Origin: Leptolyngbyaceae cyanobacterium
GTDB taxonomy: Bacteria > Cyanobacteriota > Cyanobacteriia > Phormidesmidales > Phormidesmidaceae
Direction: 5' to 3'
NCBI GenBank assembly: GCA_965263355.1
Contig: CBDHHL010000056.1
Location: 32,001-96,000, forward strand
Length of the DNA: 64,000 bases
A program made the position numbers and the translations under genes. The notes below the pieces were generated by a model. It saw nothing but the letters and a program-made list of their open reading frames with translations. It was not told the DNA's origin and made no database searches. This document shows positions 13,075-24,649 of the stretch, piece by piece. Each line of letters begins with the position of its first letter. Position 1 is the first letter of the stretch.

Positions 13075-14049
13075 CTAGCTAGCCCAAGGGCCAGTTTTCT
13101 CTAGAAAAGGGGACTGTTCTGGAGCAGACCAACTTAATGGAAGGCTACCTTCAACGTATATCCCTCGATGGAGATAGAATTTGAACAGGCGTTCGGCACC
13201 GGGATAGCGAGCAATGTCAGGATCGCCATCCCAAATAACTTCGGCCCGTCCAGTCAGATACAACAGATTGCCCTTTGCAAAATCAATGAACAGTAATCCG
13301 GCGTGAGGATTGACTTCAATATTACCAAATGTATTAAAGATACAGTTGCCTGCAAGGTCAGGTATTGTCAGGGTATTGCCATCGACGCCCACAAAACCGG
13401 GGACTCCCCCTCGATGGGAAACATCGACACCGTTGGTGACATCAGCCTCGTTATCCAGGTAGGCTGTGGTAATGAAAAGAGTGTCTGCTGCCGTGATAAC
13501 ATCACGTTTCACGTTATCCAGCATAGTGAAGGCATAGACAGGCTTGGCAGTAGTGCTATCAAAATTTTGAAGATTGAACTGCCGTGCCTGGATGTATTTG
13601 GGACAGTTGCCAAAGGTTTGCTCCACCGCCACAGAAAAGCCATCTGGTGTGATTTCACTCACTATTCCATTGACCCGGTTACGACGACGTGTGTGGAGTT
13701 CGATGCCGAGGAAACCAACCTTACTACCGACAGCGAGATTCTTGGTTAGAGGGTCGCCAAAGAGTGGCTGGGCTGCAATGTGAAGTGTACGATCGTCCGG
13801 TGTGGAGATAAATCCAGGGTCGCCAACCAGAATCGATGCCCAAGGATTACCCTCTGCATCGACCGTGCCGACCAGAAAATGGGGAAGTTGAGCGTAAAAT
13901 TGGCGATGTTGCTCAGGTAAGAACTGACGAATTACTTTCCGTCCTACCGCTTCCATGCGATCGCGCGCGCCCAACCTTGTTTGCACAGCTTGTTCTCCTG
14001 GGTGAAACGGAGATTCATCTTTTTGCCAACCGGGAATGGCCATAATCAT
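13075..14049 (-). CDS. Pyridoxamine 5'-phosphate oxidase-like FMN-binding protein (tandem split barrel)
   Basis: SPFHPGE, RRRNRVNG, GNCPKYIQAR, DVSHRGG; start set after AGGAG. Confidence 0.85.
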   Translation of the reverse strand: MIMAIPGWQKDESPFHPGEQAVQTRLGARDRMEAVGRKVIRQFLPEQHRQFYAQLPHFLVGTVDAEGNPWASILVGDPGFISTPDDRTLHIAAQPLFGDPLTKNLAVGSKVGFLGIELHTRRRNRVNGIVSEITPDGFSVAVEQTFGNCPKYIQARQFNLQNFDSTTAKPVYAFTMLDNVKRDVITAADTLFITTAYLDNEADVTNGVDVSHRGGVPGFVGVDGNTLTIPDLAGNCIFNTFGNIEVNPHAGLLFIDFAKGNLLYLTGRAEVIWDGDPDIARYPGAERLFKFYLHRGIYVEGSLPLSWSAPEQSPFLEKTGPWAS

Positions 14050-14123
14050 TAAGCTCCTGCGATAAAATAGGAGAGTTCTAGCAAGCGTCCTGCCTGGGCA
14101 AGACATTTACGCATCCACTGATG

Positions 14124-14525
14124 CTAACTACCAGGGGCCATCAGTTCCAAGCGGATACCACCGGGAATGTAAGCCATCAAATGTTGAGAAGGGCCACCGC
14201 TCGAAAGCTCAGGTGGAAATTCAATACTGACACCCTCAGTTTTAATCAGGGTTTGATAAATGCTATTAAGGGTATCTATGTCTGTTACCTTCAGCGCAAG
14301 ATGGTGTAGCCCAATGTTATTTTTCCGATCAAAGGGGATAGCGCTATCCGGGTCGGTGGCTTGCCAGAGGGTTATAAATACAGTGCCGTCTGAAACAAAA
14401 TAGGCTGGGTATTCAGGTCGTTCACCCACTTGCTTGAATTCCAGTACGTTCACGAAAAAATCTCGGGTAGTGTCAATGCTAGGAACAGTGAGGCCAATGT
14501 GATGAGCACCTTGGGTAATTGCCAT
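14124..14525 (-). CDS. VOC/glyoxalase family protein
   Basis: HHIGLTV, GLHHLALKV, PGGIRLEL. Confidence 0.88.
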   Translation of the reverse strand: MAITQGAHHIGLTVPSIDTTRDFFVNVLEFKQVGERPEYPAYFVSDGTVFITLWQATDPDSAIPFDRKNNIGLHHLALKVTDIDTLNSIYQTLIKTEGVSIEFPPELSSGGPSQHLMAYIPGGIRLELMAPGS

Positions 14526-14617
14526 GGAACAACTCCTTTAGTGAAAAAACAAACTAAGCCTGGAAACAGATTAAAAAGGGTGGTTACTCAAGATATTGCG
14601 GTAGCAACCACTGGTAT

Positions 14618-14637
14618 TGTACCAAACGGTCGGTTCA
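14618..14637. promoter_or_regulatory. Putative TetR operator in divergent promoter
   Basis: Imperfect palindrome TGTACCAAACGGTCGGTTCA (14/20 self-complementary) between the VOC and TetR genes. Confidence 0.45.
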
Positions 14638-14702
14638 CTCCGATGAAAAAACTATATCGATGGTTTGATAGAATGTCAACAGTTCAATCCAAAAATGCTG
14701 AA

Positions 14703-15251
14703 ATGCCCAAAGAGGACTACGTTCCGATCTTATTTTCACTGTTTCGCCAGTACGGTTATGACGGAGCTACACTCTCTAAAATTTCAGCGGCAACTGGATT
14801 AGGTAAGGCCAGTCTCTACCACCACTTCCCTGGTGGGAAAGAGGACATGGTGGCATCAGTGCTGGACCATTCTGACTGCTGGTTAAAAGAAAAGGTGCTG
14901 CCACTTTTGGCTGGTGAAGGGAGTCCCCAAGCACGTTTGCAGGAGATGTGCGATCGCATCCATGAACTCTATGTAGGCGGTACCCAGCCTTGTTTGACAG
15001 CGATTTTGGCAGCAGGCACAGGACGTGATCTGTTTCACGATAGGGTTAAGGCTTTATTGACAGCCTGGATTGGAGCCATTGCCGATGTCTTAGTTGAGTC
15101 GGGTTTTGATAAAGATCTGGCCCTAAAACGTGGCCAGGATGCACTGATCGCGATTCAGGGAGCATTGATAATATCTCAAAATCTGGATGATGCTTCTCTC
15201 TTTCAGCGAACAATACAGCAGTTACCCCAGGTCTTGTTGCACACTGAGTAA
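14703..15251 (+). CDS. TetR/AcrR family transcriptional regulator
   Basis: LFRQYGYDGATLSKISAATGLGKASLYHHFPGGKE HTH; start at MPKEDY. Confidence 0.92.
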   Translation: MPKEDYVPILFSLFRQYGYDGATLSKISAATGLGKASLYHHFPGGKEDMVASVLDHSDCWLKEKVLPLLAGEGSPQARLQEMCDRIHELYVGGTQPCLTAILAAGTGRDLFHDRVKALLTAWIGAIADVLVESGFDKDLALKRGQDALIAIQGALIISQNLDDASLFQRTIQQLPQVLLHTE

Positions 15252-15350
15252 GAAATTAAGTAGTGGGAGAAAGTATGCTTTCTTTTTTTACAATTACTCA
15301 AGCTATTTGATTTACATTTAGTTGATTGGGATGTTTGTTATAGGCTTGAC

Positions 15351-15758
15351 TCAATTTTTACGGTTCTCATATATCTCATTAGCGAAATCTAAAAGCTCAC
15401 TATTAAGCTCAAATAGTTTATGTTCAATTTCGTTTTTTAGTTTGCTAGAGTCATATCCACCACAAATTTCAATCGAGTATGTTTTACCATCGCTATTAAT
15501 TTTAATTGTGGAGGACCCAAAATCATCCCACCCGCTAACGTAGCTCTCCTTTAACAGGTCAAGCTTTCCAGAGGTGATTACATTAAAGATTTTCTCAAAT
15601 AAATCCTCTGCCAATACGTCACCAGCCTCACAAATACCTGGAAACGCTTTAATGGAATAGCTCAGATTTCCATTCTCATCCATCGATAGATTACCCGACA
15701 GTAATCTACCGGTAAAACCTTCGTGAAAGCTAAATCCGAATATCTCTTTAGGACGCAT
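15351..15758 (-). CDS. Hypothetical protein (AT-rich)
   Basis: 135-aa ORF co-oriented with neighbours; no recognised motif. Confidence 0.6.
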   Translation of the reverse strand: MRPKEIFGFSFHEGFTGRLLSGNLSMDENGNLSYSIKAFPGICEAGDVLAEDLFEKIFNVITSGKLDLLKESYVSGWDDFGSSTIKINSDGKTYSIEICGGYDSSKLKNEIEHKLFELNSELLDFANEIYENRKN

Positions 15759-15791
15759 ATTTCACTTATTTTGCCTGTGCGGGGCTATGCG

Positions 15792-16154
15792 CTACCGTCG
15801 ATTTTTAATATATGACCTTTTCGACTTTATCTTTCCGTTTTCAAAGGTAAATAGGTCACAGCCATCAACATCCATTTTGGTACCGTCTTTTCTTGTGCCG
15901 ACAATTGTCCATTCTGAACAGCCATAGTTGTCTTGGGAAAAATGGATAGCATTTTCAAATCGTACATCTGGAATGTCTGTCCAGACTTCTATAAATCTTT
16001 CCCTCACGGCATCGTAGCCTTCATATCGAGTGCCAAATCTCTCCGGACCACCGCCAGGTTCAAACACACAATCTTCCGTCATAAATGCCATGATTTTATC
16101 GATATCGTGCTGATTCCATGCATCACTGTAGTCTTGCAACTCTTTCTTATTCAT
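15792..16154 (-). CDS. SnoaL/NTF2-like protein
   Basis: AWNQHDIDKIMAFMTEDCVF, SEWT, GCDLFTFENGKI. Confidence 0.88.
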   Translation of the reverse strand: MNKKELQDYSDAWNQHDIDKIMAFMTEDCVFEPGGGPERFGTRYEGYDAVRERFIEVWTDIPDVRFENAIHFSQDNYGCSEWTIVGTRKDGTKMDVDGCDLFTFENGKIKSKRSYIKNRR

Positions 16155-16247
16155 GGTTCTTTATAAGTATCCATAAGGGGCACTGGCTGTAAGTATCCTA
16201 TCGGGCAAAACAGATCCTAAACAAAACAGTCCAAGGGTAGGCAAATG

Positions 16248-16778
16248 TTAGGCAATAAACGATGCGTTGACGTCTGTCACCATCACCAGATCCCGCTGCG
16301 GATCGCTACCGAATTGAAATATATGCTCACCCACAACGCTGAATCCGTACTTGCCGTAAAAAGCAATGGCCCTTGGGTTGTGTTCCCAAACGCCAAGCCA
16401 GAGAGCGTCTGCTGGAGCAGACGCTGCTGTGGATAGGATCTGAGCCATAATTTTATGCGCTAACCCTCGGCCATGCCACTCTTTTGAAACATACAGCCGA
16501 TGAAGTTCTGAGGGATGGTTGGCAGAAACACAGTCTTTGGGTGAGTACAGCCGAACCTGTGCAAAGGCGACTAACTGGCTATCTACCTCAGCCAAAATTG
16601 TGGCACAGTTGGGATCTAGAATCTCCTGCCGTTGAATCTCCGCACCAAAGTTCTTTGCACAGTGGAGTGCCATATCGGTGGGGTTGTTTCCCGTGGTAAA
16701 CGTCTCTCGAAATGTATGCTCGGCTAAATAAGCTAGGGCCTCCGAGTCGTCTAGATGTGCTCGCCTGATAGTAGTCAT
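16248..16778 (-). CDS. GNAT N-acetyltransferase (PaiA-like)
   Basis: ELHRLYV, HGRGLAH, WLGVWEHNPRAIAFYGKYGF. Confidence 0.9.
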   Translation of the reverse strand: MTTIRRAHLDDSEALAYLAEHTFRETFTTGNNPTDMALHCAKNFGAEIQRQEILDPNCATILAEVDSQLVAFAQVRLYSPKDCVSANHPSELHRLYVSKEWHGRGLAHKIMAQILSTAASAPADALWLGVWEHNPRAIAFYGKYGFSVVGEHIFQFGSDPQRDLVMVTDVNASFIA

Positions 16779-16889
16779 AAGGATTGAATTTTCCAACGTT
16801 ACAAATAGTTTGGACTAATGGAAACAAACCCTTGTAAGTTTCAAGACCTCCTAAATTACATGGTTTGTATAATTTTTAGAGCTTGTTAA

Positions 16890-17250
16890 GAATGATATTT
16901 AAACTCTTTAGAGAAGCTTTTAAGGTAACGTAGCGTAGAATTTTGGTGAGGAGTTTAAAGGTGTTGCTTGGGGTCCTTTCGAGTTCCCCAAACCCCCTGA
17001 GCAGGGCCGGTACGCTGCCCTACAACCCAGCGTACTGAGTTATCTCAAATAGCATAGGTTTGGAGGTACGGCGACGTTAATTATATAGGTTCTGGACTGG
17101 TTGTTACAAACCATTTAGGGGATAAACCTCAAATCATGTATCTCAATTAGACATAGTGGGGATTTTCCAAGTTTGGTGGGACACAACTCAAAGCCCCCAA
17201 ACTATAGCCTAAGGGGCATTTAAGCAAGGGGGATTTGGGGGCCTGAACAT
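16890..17250. repeat. Cluster of degenerate cyanobacterial intergenic palindromic repeats
   Basis: ggggtcc..ccccaaaccccc, gcagggc..gccctac and gcccccaaa..tttgggggc hairpins in a non-coding gap. Confidence 0.5.
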
Positions 17251-17320
17251 TTTTTAGCTACGTTGGCAGCAGATCACCCATAGAAATTATCTTTCGGTGA
17301 AAGCATCACCCTTGCCTGTT

Positions 17321-17391
17321 AAACCTGTTCCACCTCCAGAACAGCCGGTTTCCCGTAAATGAAACTACAGGGTTCAACTTGGACGTGGTTT
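17321..17391 (+). repeat. 71-bp dispersed hairpin/MITE-like repeat, copy A
   Basis: Ungapped alignment with 18098, 20160 and 24491; AAACC...CTTGGACGTGGTTT. Confidence 0.85.
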
Positions 17392-17453
17392 AAGGGAAAC
17401 ACAAACGCTGGTGATGCTTCAAAAAGATGGCTGCTTAGCTGTTCAGTTCTCAT

Positions 17454-17936
17454 CTACTGCAACAAACTGCGCAACATCCACGCATTTTTCTCGTGAATCT
17501 GTAGCCGCTGGGTCAATAGATCAGCGGTGGGTTCATCATTGGCCTCATCGGCGATCGCAAATACCTCACGGGCTGTGCGGGCAACGGTTTCTTGACCTTC
17601 TACCAACAGAGCAATCATCTCTTCTGCAGTGGGGACTCCCTCAGTTTCACTAATGGAGCTGAGTTTGGCATATTCGCTATAGGTGCCAGGGGCAGGGAAC
17701 CCAAGGGCACGGATGCGCTCTGCGATCGCATCCACCGCCAGGGCCAGTTCATTGTACTGAGTTTCAAACATGAGATGCAATGTTTGGAACATTGGCCCCG
17801 TTACGTTCCAGTGAAAATTGTGAGTTTTGAGATAAAGCGTGTAGGTATCCGCCAAAGCACGGGATAAACCATCGGCAATCGCCTGCCGATGGTCGTCACT
17901 GATACCGATGTTGATAGGAAGAGTTGACGTAGACAT
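17454..17936 (-). CDS. dps: Dps family DNA starvation/stationary phase protection protein
   Basis: [51 protein letters not shown] before MSTSTL. Confidence 0.95.
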   Translation of the reverse strand: MSTSTLPINIGISDDHRQAIADGLSRALADTYTLYLKTHNFHWNVTGPMFQTLHLMFETQYNELALAVDAIAERIRALGFPAPGTYSEYAKLSSISETEGVPTAEEMIALLVEGQETVARTAREVFAIADEANDEPTADLLTQRLQIHEKNAWMLRSLLQ

Positions 17937-18097
17937 GACTAGTCTCCTTTTAGTAAGAGGGTGAGCCTTTTGATAAACCGCAGCGATAAACAATTTAGTG
18001 CAGCTCAGCAATTATAGATATCAGAAACTTGCCTGGCTGTATTTTATGGACACCTTAATCATACTCATAACGACTTCGACTTGCAATATTTTTTATT

Positions 18098-18168
18098 AGA
18101 CCTTGTTTACGTCCAGACCTGTTGTTTTGCCATAGAGAACATTGCAGGTTTCACCTTGGACATGGTTT
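18098..18168 (+). repeat. 71-bp dispersed repeat, copy B
   Basis: agaccttgtttacgtccagacctg...caggtttcaccttggacatggttt. Confidence 0.82.
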
Positions 18169-18188
18169 AGTTCGAGTGCAGCAAAAAC

Positions 18189-20075
18189 ATGACTGGCTAT
18201 GCCTATAGGACAGACCTAAAACTCCAACAAATTACCAACACAGTTGATCGGGGTTTGGGCTATGGTTTGAAAGTTGCTGTAGATGGGCGTATGGTTTTGG
18301 CTGATTGGCGATTGGGAGGTCATTCCCTGGGTAAACGAGCAGTACTCATTGCTTTTGGACTGTTAGCTGTCATGTCCGGTGACGCCTATGCCCAGGCACC
18401 GCTCAACCCTGACATTCAGATTGGTCTGGTGCAGCGGTTTGGTGAAGAGACGGGCGACAAACTTGTGCTTACGCCCTTGGGCGGAGACACCTTAACGGTA
18501 ACCTTTGAAACGGGGGGACAGCCCCAAGCTATTACGACCCAGGCGCTGACCCTGGAGGTGGGATCTGAGCCCCTGGACCAGCCTATTTTGCAAGAGTGGG
18601 TGGTATTGAGCAGCCACCGCAGTTTTGAAAGTGCAGAAGAGAGTGCCAATCAATGGCAAGCAAAGGGGATTGAAGCAGAGGTGGCCCAACCCAGTTCCTG
18701 GCAAGTGTGGGCTAAACGAGAAAATTACAATACGCCCCTGCTGCGCCGACTGTTGTTAGAAAGTTTGCATGAGGCCGGTCATACCAATACATTTATCGAT
18801 AGCCGTGTGCTCACCGAATCTCCTAGAGCTGCGTTTATCGCTAATGGCTATCGGTACAATCGTCATGCCTTTAGAATCACCAGTGCCAATCGTCGAGTAC
18901 ACATTGCTGAAAATGGTGGCTCTAAAAAACTGTTTGGGGGAGACTTTAAGCTCCAGCCCAATGCCTATGGCACCTACACGCTGGTAAACCAGGTACCCAT
19001 AGAAGTGTATCTGCGCGGTGTGGTGCCCCATGAGATTGGCCCCGGTGCCCCTCAATCGGCGGTTGAAGCCCAGGCTGTTTTGGCCAGAACCTATGCGCTG
19101 CGAAATCTGCGACGGTTTGCCATTGATAACTATGAACTATGTGCCGATACCCAATGCCAGGTGTATCGCGGGTTAAGCGGTGTGGTCGCTAGGGCAGATC
19201 GTGCGATCGCAGCCACCCAAAGCCAGGTACTCACCTATAACGGCGAACTGATTGATGCCCTATATTCCTCTACCACAGGCGGAATCACGGCTCGCTTTAG
19301 TGATGTATGGAACGGATTTGACCGTCCTTATCTGCAGCCAGTGGTCGATTCCCTGGCCATTACCTGGGATCTGGCCGCACGTCCCCTATCCGATGAAAAT
19401 AACTTCCGTTCCTTTATCAATTTGAAAAATCAGTTTAATGAAGACGACTGGCCTACATTTCGTTGGCAGCGGCCTGGTACCTTAGCCAATATCACCGAAG
19501 GTGTTAAGGAATACTTGACAAACCGCAAGAATCCCATGGCGAGCCTGAAAGCTGTTACGGGGCTCACGGTAACCGAGCGGTCAGACTCAGGACGAGTACA
19601 AACCGTTCTAGTCAATACGGATATTGGTGATTTTGAACTGCACAAAAACGAAGTCGTCAGTGCCTTGATCCCACCCCGCAGCCAGCTATTTTACTTAGAG
19701 CCCTGGTATGAAGAAACTGAGCAAAAAGAGAATAATGCCAGTGGTGGTAATGCCCCAGTAACCGATGCCAACAAGACCACGACCAGTCCACCAGATGCTA
19801 AACAAACGCCACCTGTACCTGTACTCAAAGGCTATACCTTTGTCGGCGGTGGCTTTGGTCATGGTGTGGGGATGAGCCAAACAGGCTCCTATCGATTGGG
19901 AGAAAGCGGTTGGCCCTACCAGCGAATTTTGCAGTTTTACTATCCCAATACCCAGTTGCTACCCATCAGTAATGACATCGTATTTTGGCAGGAGCCTGAA
20001 ACAAAATCGGCTCCGGCTGACCTAGAAATCGAGCCAGTTACTGAGGCCGAGGAGCCAGCATTTTCCTTACCATAG
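18189..20075 (+). CDS. SpoIID/LytB domain protein (true start probably downstream)
   Basis: YLRGVVPHEI, AQAVLARTYA, CADTQCQVYRG, GGGFGHGVGMSQ. Confidence 0.9.
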   Translation: MTGYAYRTDLKLQQITNTVDRGLGYGLKVAVDGRMVLADWRLGGHSLGKRAVLIAFGLLAVMSGDAYAQAPLNPDIQIGLVQRFGEETGDKLVLTPLGGDTLTVTFETGGQPQAITTQALTLEVGSEPLDQPILQEWVVLSSHRSFESAEESANQWQAKGIEAEVAQPSSWQVWAKRENYNTPLLRRLLLESLHEAGHTNTFIDSRVLTESPRAAFIANGYRYNRHAFRITSANRRVHIAENGGSKKLFGGDFKLQPNAYGTYTLVNQVPIEVYLRGVVPHEIGPGAPQSAVEAQAVLARTYALRNLRRFAIDNYELCADTQCQVYRGLSGVVARADRAIAATQSQVLTYNGELIDALYSSTTGGITARFSDVWNGFDRPYLQPVVDSLAITWDLAARPLSDENNFRSFINLKNQFNEDDWPTFRWQRPGTLANITEGVKEYLTNRKNPMASLKAVTGLTVTERSDSGRVQTVLVNTDIGDFELHKNEVVSALIPPRSQLFYLEPWYEETEQKENNASGGNAPVTDANKTTTSPPDAKQTPPVPVLKGYTFVGGGFGHGVGMSQTGSYRLGESGWPYQRILQFYYPNTQLLPISNDIVFWQEPETKSAPADLEIEPVTEAEEPAFSLP

Positions 20076-20159
20076 GAAGCTCAAGTATCAACAAAATATT
20101 CCAGGGTATCTACAAGGGAATGCCCCTACTGCAAGGGTAATGAATTTGGATCTGGTATT

Positions 20160-20230
20160 AAACCTTATCCGCATCCAGACCTGCAGTTTTGCCGTAGACG
20201 AAACTACAGGTTTTAACTTGGACGTGGTTT
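20160..20230 (+). repeat. 71-bp dispersed repeat, copy C
   Basis: aaaccttatccgcatccagacctgcagttttgccgtagacgaaactacaggttttaacttggacgtggttt. Confidence 0.85.
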
Positions 20231-20236
20231 CATCCC

Positions 20237-20278
20237 AAAAAAATGAAGGGCTCTTACAACGAAGAACCCTTCATTTTT
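20237..20278. terminator. Bidirectional intrinsic terminator between spoIID-like and petF
   Basis: aaaaatgaaggg / cccttcattttt stem with A/T tails. Confidence 0.7.
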
Positions 20279-20302
20279 CAACTAGCAGTTGACATTAAGA
20301 GG

Positions 20303-20465
20303 CTAGTGGTCTGTCAAGCCTGAGATTTCGGATAAGACGGGTAAAGAGTAGAGAGTTTAAAGGGATGAAGAGTCACCTTTTTACCCTATAGCCCTGGGGG
20401 CATGGCTAACGCTAGCACTCTTTATCAGTGACCAACCCGAATTTTTAGCTTTGACGCCGCACTAG
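20303..20465. mobile_element. MITE-like element with imperfect terminal inverted repeats
   Basis: CTAGTGgtctGTCAA...TTCGG versus reverse complement of the right end CTAGTGcggcGTCAA...TTCGG; non-coding interior. Confidence 0.6.
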
Positions 20466-20502
20466 TCTCACTAACTGATTATCGAAAACAGTCGAGATAG
20501 GC

Positions 20503-20949
<447 letters not shown>

Positions 20950-21222
20950 TTATAAATTTGGGCTACTTTTACTCAAGTTGGCTGAATGGTATTCGTAATA
21001 GGAGTAACACCTTTCCTAAGGTTTTACTTATAGATGAATAATAGTGACTTTAAAGGCTATAGAAAACTCTTCTCCACAAATGCCTTAAAACTATGATTGA
21101 TTGGTACGTAGCCTACGATACTCAAGTTAAACTATCACTAATTAATATTCTTGTTAGTTATTTTTATGTTGCTTTATATCTCTATTTATTGATAGAAATT
21201 TGAGAAATAGTTAAGGTTACTT

Positions 21223-21522
21223 CTAATAAAGTGACGCCTCTTGATGAGTCAAAATAGTGCAATTGGATGTGGGATACGCCACGCAAGTTAGTACAAAACC
21301 TGCTTCGAGTTGGTCATCTTCTAAAAAGGACTGGTCAACTTGGTCAACACTCCCCTCAGTGATTTTGCCAGTACAATTGGAACAATTGCCTGTACGACAG
21401 GAATAGGGAAGATTAAGACCCTGAGCTTCTGCAGCACTTAGAATGTAATCACTGTCAGCCACTTCAATAGTTTTATCAAGCCCTTCAGCGTTGTTTATCA
21501 GCCTAACCTTATAGCTTGCCAT
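21223..21522 (-). CDS. petF: Plant-type [2Fe-2S] ferredoxin paralogue
   Basis: [13 protein letters not shown]...[13 protein letters not shown]. Confidence 0.92.
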   Translation of the reverse strand: MASYKVRLINNAEGLDKTIEVADSDYILSAAEAQGLNLPYSCRTGNCSNCTGKITEGSVDQVDQSFLEDDQLEAGFVLTCVAYPTSNCTILTHQEASLY

Positions 21523-21674
21523 ATTGATTCATTTATGCATAACTTTGGTGATTTTACTTCTATTAACGCTTAGTAATTCCTATTTAAGCTGCCTATGAAA
21601 TCTGCTTTAGTAAGACAGTAAGGATAGTGACGTTATTATCGTCTACTATTACTTCTTAATGCTTGTATAAAAAG

Positions 21675-21709
21675 CAAAAATTCCCCTCAAAATTGAAGGG
21701 AATTTTTGT
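21675..21709. terminator. Intrinsic terminator after the third ferredoxin
   Basis: caaaaattccc / gggaatttttg stem. Confidence 0.65.
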
Positions 21710-21863
21710 TGAAAGCCTACAACTTAAACGTACATTTAAGCTGCCTAATATAACGTCTCTTACCCAAATAAAGTGCATCAGAACTACTAACTGAAAAGCT
21801 TTCTAGCTTCTACTATGCAATTTACCAGATAGAGAAACGCTACAAGGGGCCATTAAAAAGTAC

Positions 21864-22223
<360 letters not shown>

Positions 22224-22691
22224 CTATAGAGCCCGATAGCAGGCAATCTATTAGAGCAACATCATTTCTGATACTACGAGAAAATCATTGTGGTTCGCTA
22301 CTTTTCTGAGCAGTGGTTGAATGGTTTTCGTAATCAAACAACCGTCTCTGACATAATTTTACTTATGGAACCCTCGAACAATAAATGTTTGAACCTTACA
22401 AAGTGCTTTTCCTACAGGAAATACAGCATTTTAGCAGCCCTAACATGTGTCCAAGGACACCCCAAACGAATTATCATTAATTAATCTTCTTATAAGAAAA
22501 AATTATAGTGTATTTTGACCATACATTCTTGATAGTTAACCTTAGTTCAGTCTGGGTTTCTCATACTATAAAAGGTGGTTCATATTGCGATGAACTTTGT
22601 AGTCTAATTAACCTTTTTAAAGATTGGTCAAACTTACTTCAACAATGGCCTCTCTGCTAACAAGACTTTGCTGTATAAGCCTAGAGCCTCG

Positions 22692-23663
22692 ATGACTATT
22701 TATGTCGCCATTATTGGCACTGGCTTTGCCGCTCATAAGCGGGTGGAAGCTCTACAAAAAATCCCCCAGGTCGAGTTAGTGGCCGTAGCCAGTCGTAATG
22801 CAGAGCGGGCCCAGTGTTTTGCAGAGCAACATCATCTATCTGCTGTTAGTAGCAGTGCGCAACTCTGGAAAATTCAACAACTGGATTTGGTTTTTATTTG
22901 TACTGTGAATGCGGACCACGGAGCGTTGGTGCAGCAAGCGTTGGAGTGTAATAAACATGTTGTTGTTGAGTATCCCCTAGCGTTAGATGTAACTCAGGCT
23001 ACTCAACTGATATCGCTAGCTCGTAAACGTCAACGGCTTTTACATGTTGAACATATTGAGCTGATTGGTGGCTTACATCAATCTATGCAACAGCATATGG
23101 TGGCTGTGGGTACGCCTTATTACGTCAACTATCGTACCTTTGCCCCGAAACAGCCAGCCCCTAGAAAATGGAGCTACTGTCCAGAGTTGGTAGGTTTTCC
23201 ACTGATGGCTGCGCTCTCTCGCATTCAACGCTTGACGGATCTGTTTGGGGCTGTGGAGTATGTGACTTGTCAAGAAAGGCTGCAACAGCAGGACGCCCAC
23301 TACTTTTGTAGTTGTCTATACAGTGCGCAGCTACGTTTTTGCAATGGTATCTTAGCCGAACTTACCTATGGTAAAGGTGAAGGTCTCTGGCAGCGAAGTC
23401 GCTACATAGAAGTTAGGGGCGATCAAGGCTGTCTGATCTTTGACGGTAATCAAGGAACCTTAGTAACAGCAGCCGGGGAACAATCTATTGCCGCAGTGCC
23501 CCGGCAAGGCTTATTCCAAAAAGACACTCACTGGGTGGTGGAGCATTTGGTAAAAGGTAAGCCAATGTATGTGCAGCCGGAGGAGAGCTTATACGCGTTG
23601 CGGGTCGCAGCGGCGTTAGAACAAGCGGTGACGTTGGGCGAAAGAGTTAGGGTTATCGATTAA
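22692..23663 (+). CDS. bvdR: Biliverdin reductase (Gfo/Idh/MocA family)
   Basis: [40 protein letters not shown] as in cyanobacterial BvdR. Confidence 0.8.
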   Translation: MTIYVAIIGTGFAAHKRVEALQKIPQVELVAVASRNAERAQCFAEQHHLSAVSSSAQLWKIQQLDLVFICTVNADHGALVQQALECNKHVVVEYPLALDVTQATQLISLARKRQRLLHVEHIELIGGLHQSMQQHMVAVGTPYYVNYRTFAPKQPAPRKWSYCPELVGFPLMAALSRIQRLTDLFGAVEYVTCQERLQQQDAHYFCSCLYSAQLRFCNGILAELTYGKGEGLWQRSRYIEVRGDQGCLIFDGNQGTLVTAAGEQSIAAVPRQGLFQKDTHWVVEHLVKGKPMYVQPEESLYALRVAAALEQAVTLGERVRVID

Positions 23664-24387
23664 CCAAAACGCCTGGGCTCTCCTGTTCCGGTACGATGTC
23701 TGCTATGTCCATCTGGGCGCAGTATTCAAGATCGGCGGTGTTGTTAAGACGCAATAGCCGTTGGCCATGGGTTGCTATCTGCATGAGTTCCAGCATGCGA
23801 TCTTGCCATTGTTCGTATAGCCCAACGGCAGCGACGGCGGAGTCATTGCCAGTGCAGTCCACAAACCGTTGACCTGTTTTTGCCATCAGGGCATGGATAA
23901 TGGCTCCGGCGCAGACAGTGTCTTCCAGGGAGTAGGTTCCTTCCCAGCCAGAACCCACTAGCCAGACAGACTCGGGCTGTTTAGCTAGCAATTTATCGAC
24001 AACAGCTTGGCGGGTAGTTAGGGCTGCGGTCATTACCAATGGCACGGCCTGAATCCGTTGCAAACAGCGAGTGCCATTGGTAGTGCTCATAAATAAACGC
24101 CGACCGGCAGTCCGCTCAGGGGCATGATCGCGGGGGGAGTTGCCGAGGTCAAATCCATCTACTCGTTGACCGCCACGTTCTCCTGCAAGAATGCGTTTTT
24201 CTGCGGGCCATTGCTCACTAGCTTGAACTAGTTTATCTAAATCACTGAAGACTTCAATTGCTTCGGCACCTGCTGCAAAGGCTGCTGCCATAGTTGTGGT
24301 AGCTCTGAGAACATCAATTGCGATCGCACAGACAGGCAGAGCATCGGTTGGTGTCTCTTCAGGGGTGTGGTAGACAAATAGTTTCAC
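23653..24387 (-). CDS. comB: 2-phosphosulfolactate phosphatase family
   Basis: [37 protein letters not shown]. Confidence 0.93.
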   Translation of the reverse strand: MKLFVYHTPEETPTDALPVCAIAIDVLRATTTMAAAFAAGAEAIEVFSDLDKLVQASEQWPAEKRILAGERGGQRVDGFDLGNSPRDHAPERTAGRRLFMSTTNGTRCLQRIQAVPLVMTAALTTRQAVVDKLLAKQPESVWLVGSGWEGTYSLEDTVCAGAIIHALMAKTGQRFVDCTGNDSAVAAVGLYEQWQDRMLELMQIATHGQRLLRLNNTADLEYCAQMDIADIVPEQESPGVLVNR

Positions 24388-24490
24388 AAATTTTTCGCAA
24401 ATATATTTAGTTAGAAGGAGGCACGGACAGACCTGACTATTCTATGGGGGAAAGTACGCATAAAGGTATGAATACTTGATTTTGAGTTTT

Positions 24491-24561
24491 AAACTTTGTC
24501 CACGTCCAGAACTGGAATGTTTCCGTAGAAAGCCCTATAGGTTTCAACTTGGACGTAGTTT
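24491..24561 (+). repeat. 71-bp dispersed repeat, copy D
   Basis: aaactttgtccacgtccaga...tttcaacttggacgtagttt; compensatory terminal AACT/AGTT. Confidence 0.82.
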
Positions 24562-24649
24562 AGGCTTGATTGAATAAAAACCCTGTCCAGGTTTTTAAGG
24601 ATAAGGGGTTTTACCTTAAAACTCAAAGTAAAAAAACTACACCCTGTTA

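Noticed and set aside
14430..14702. N-terminal extension of TetR
   Set aside because: Overlaps the divergent VOC gene and promoter; family similarity begins at MPKEDY
16160..16254. Complete attC after the GNAT gene
   Set aside because: GCCTAAC is present but no convincing matching GTTRRRY and L-box hairpin follows
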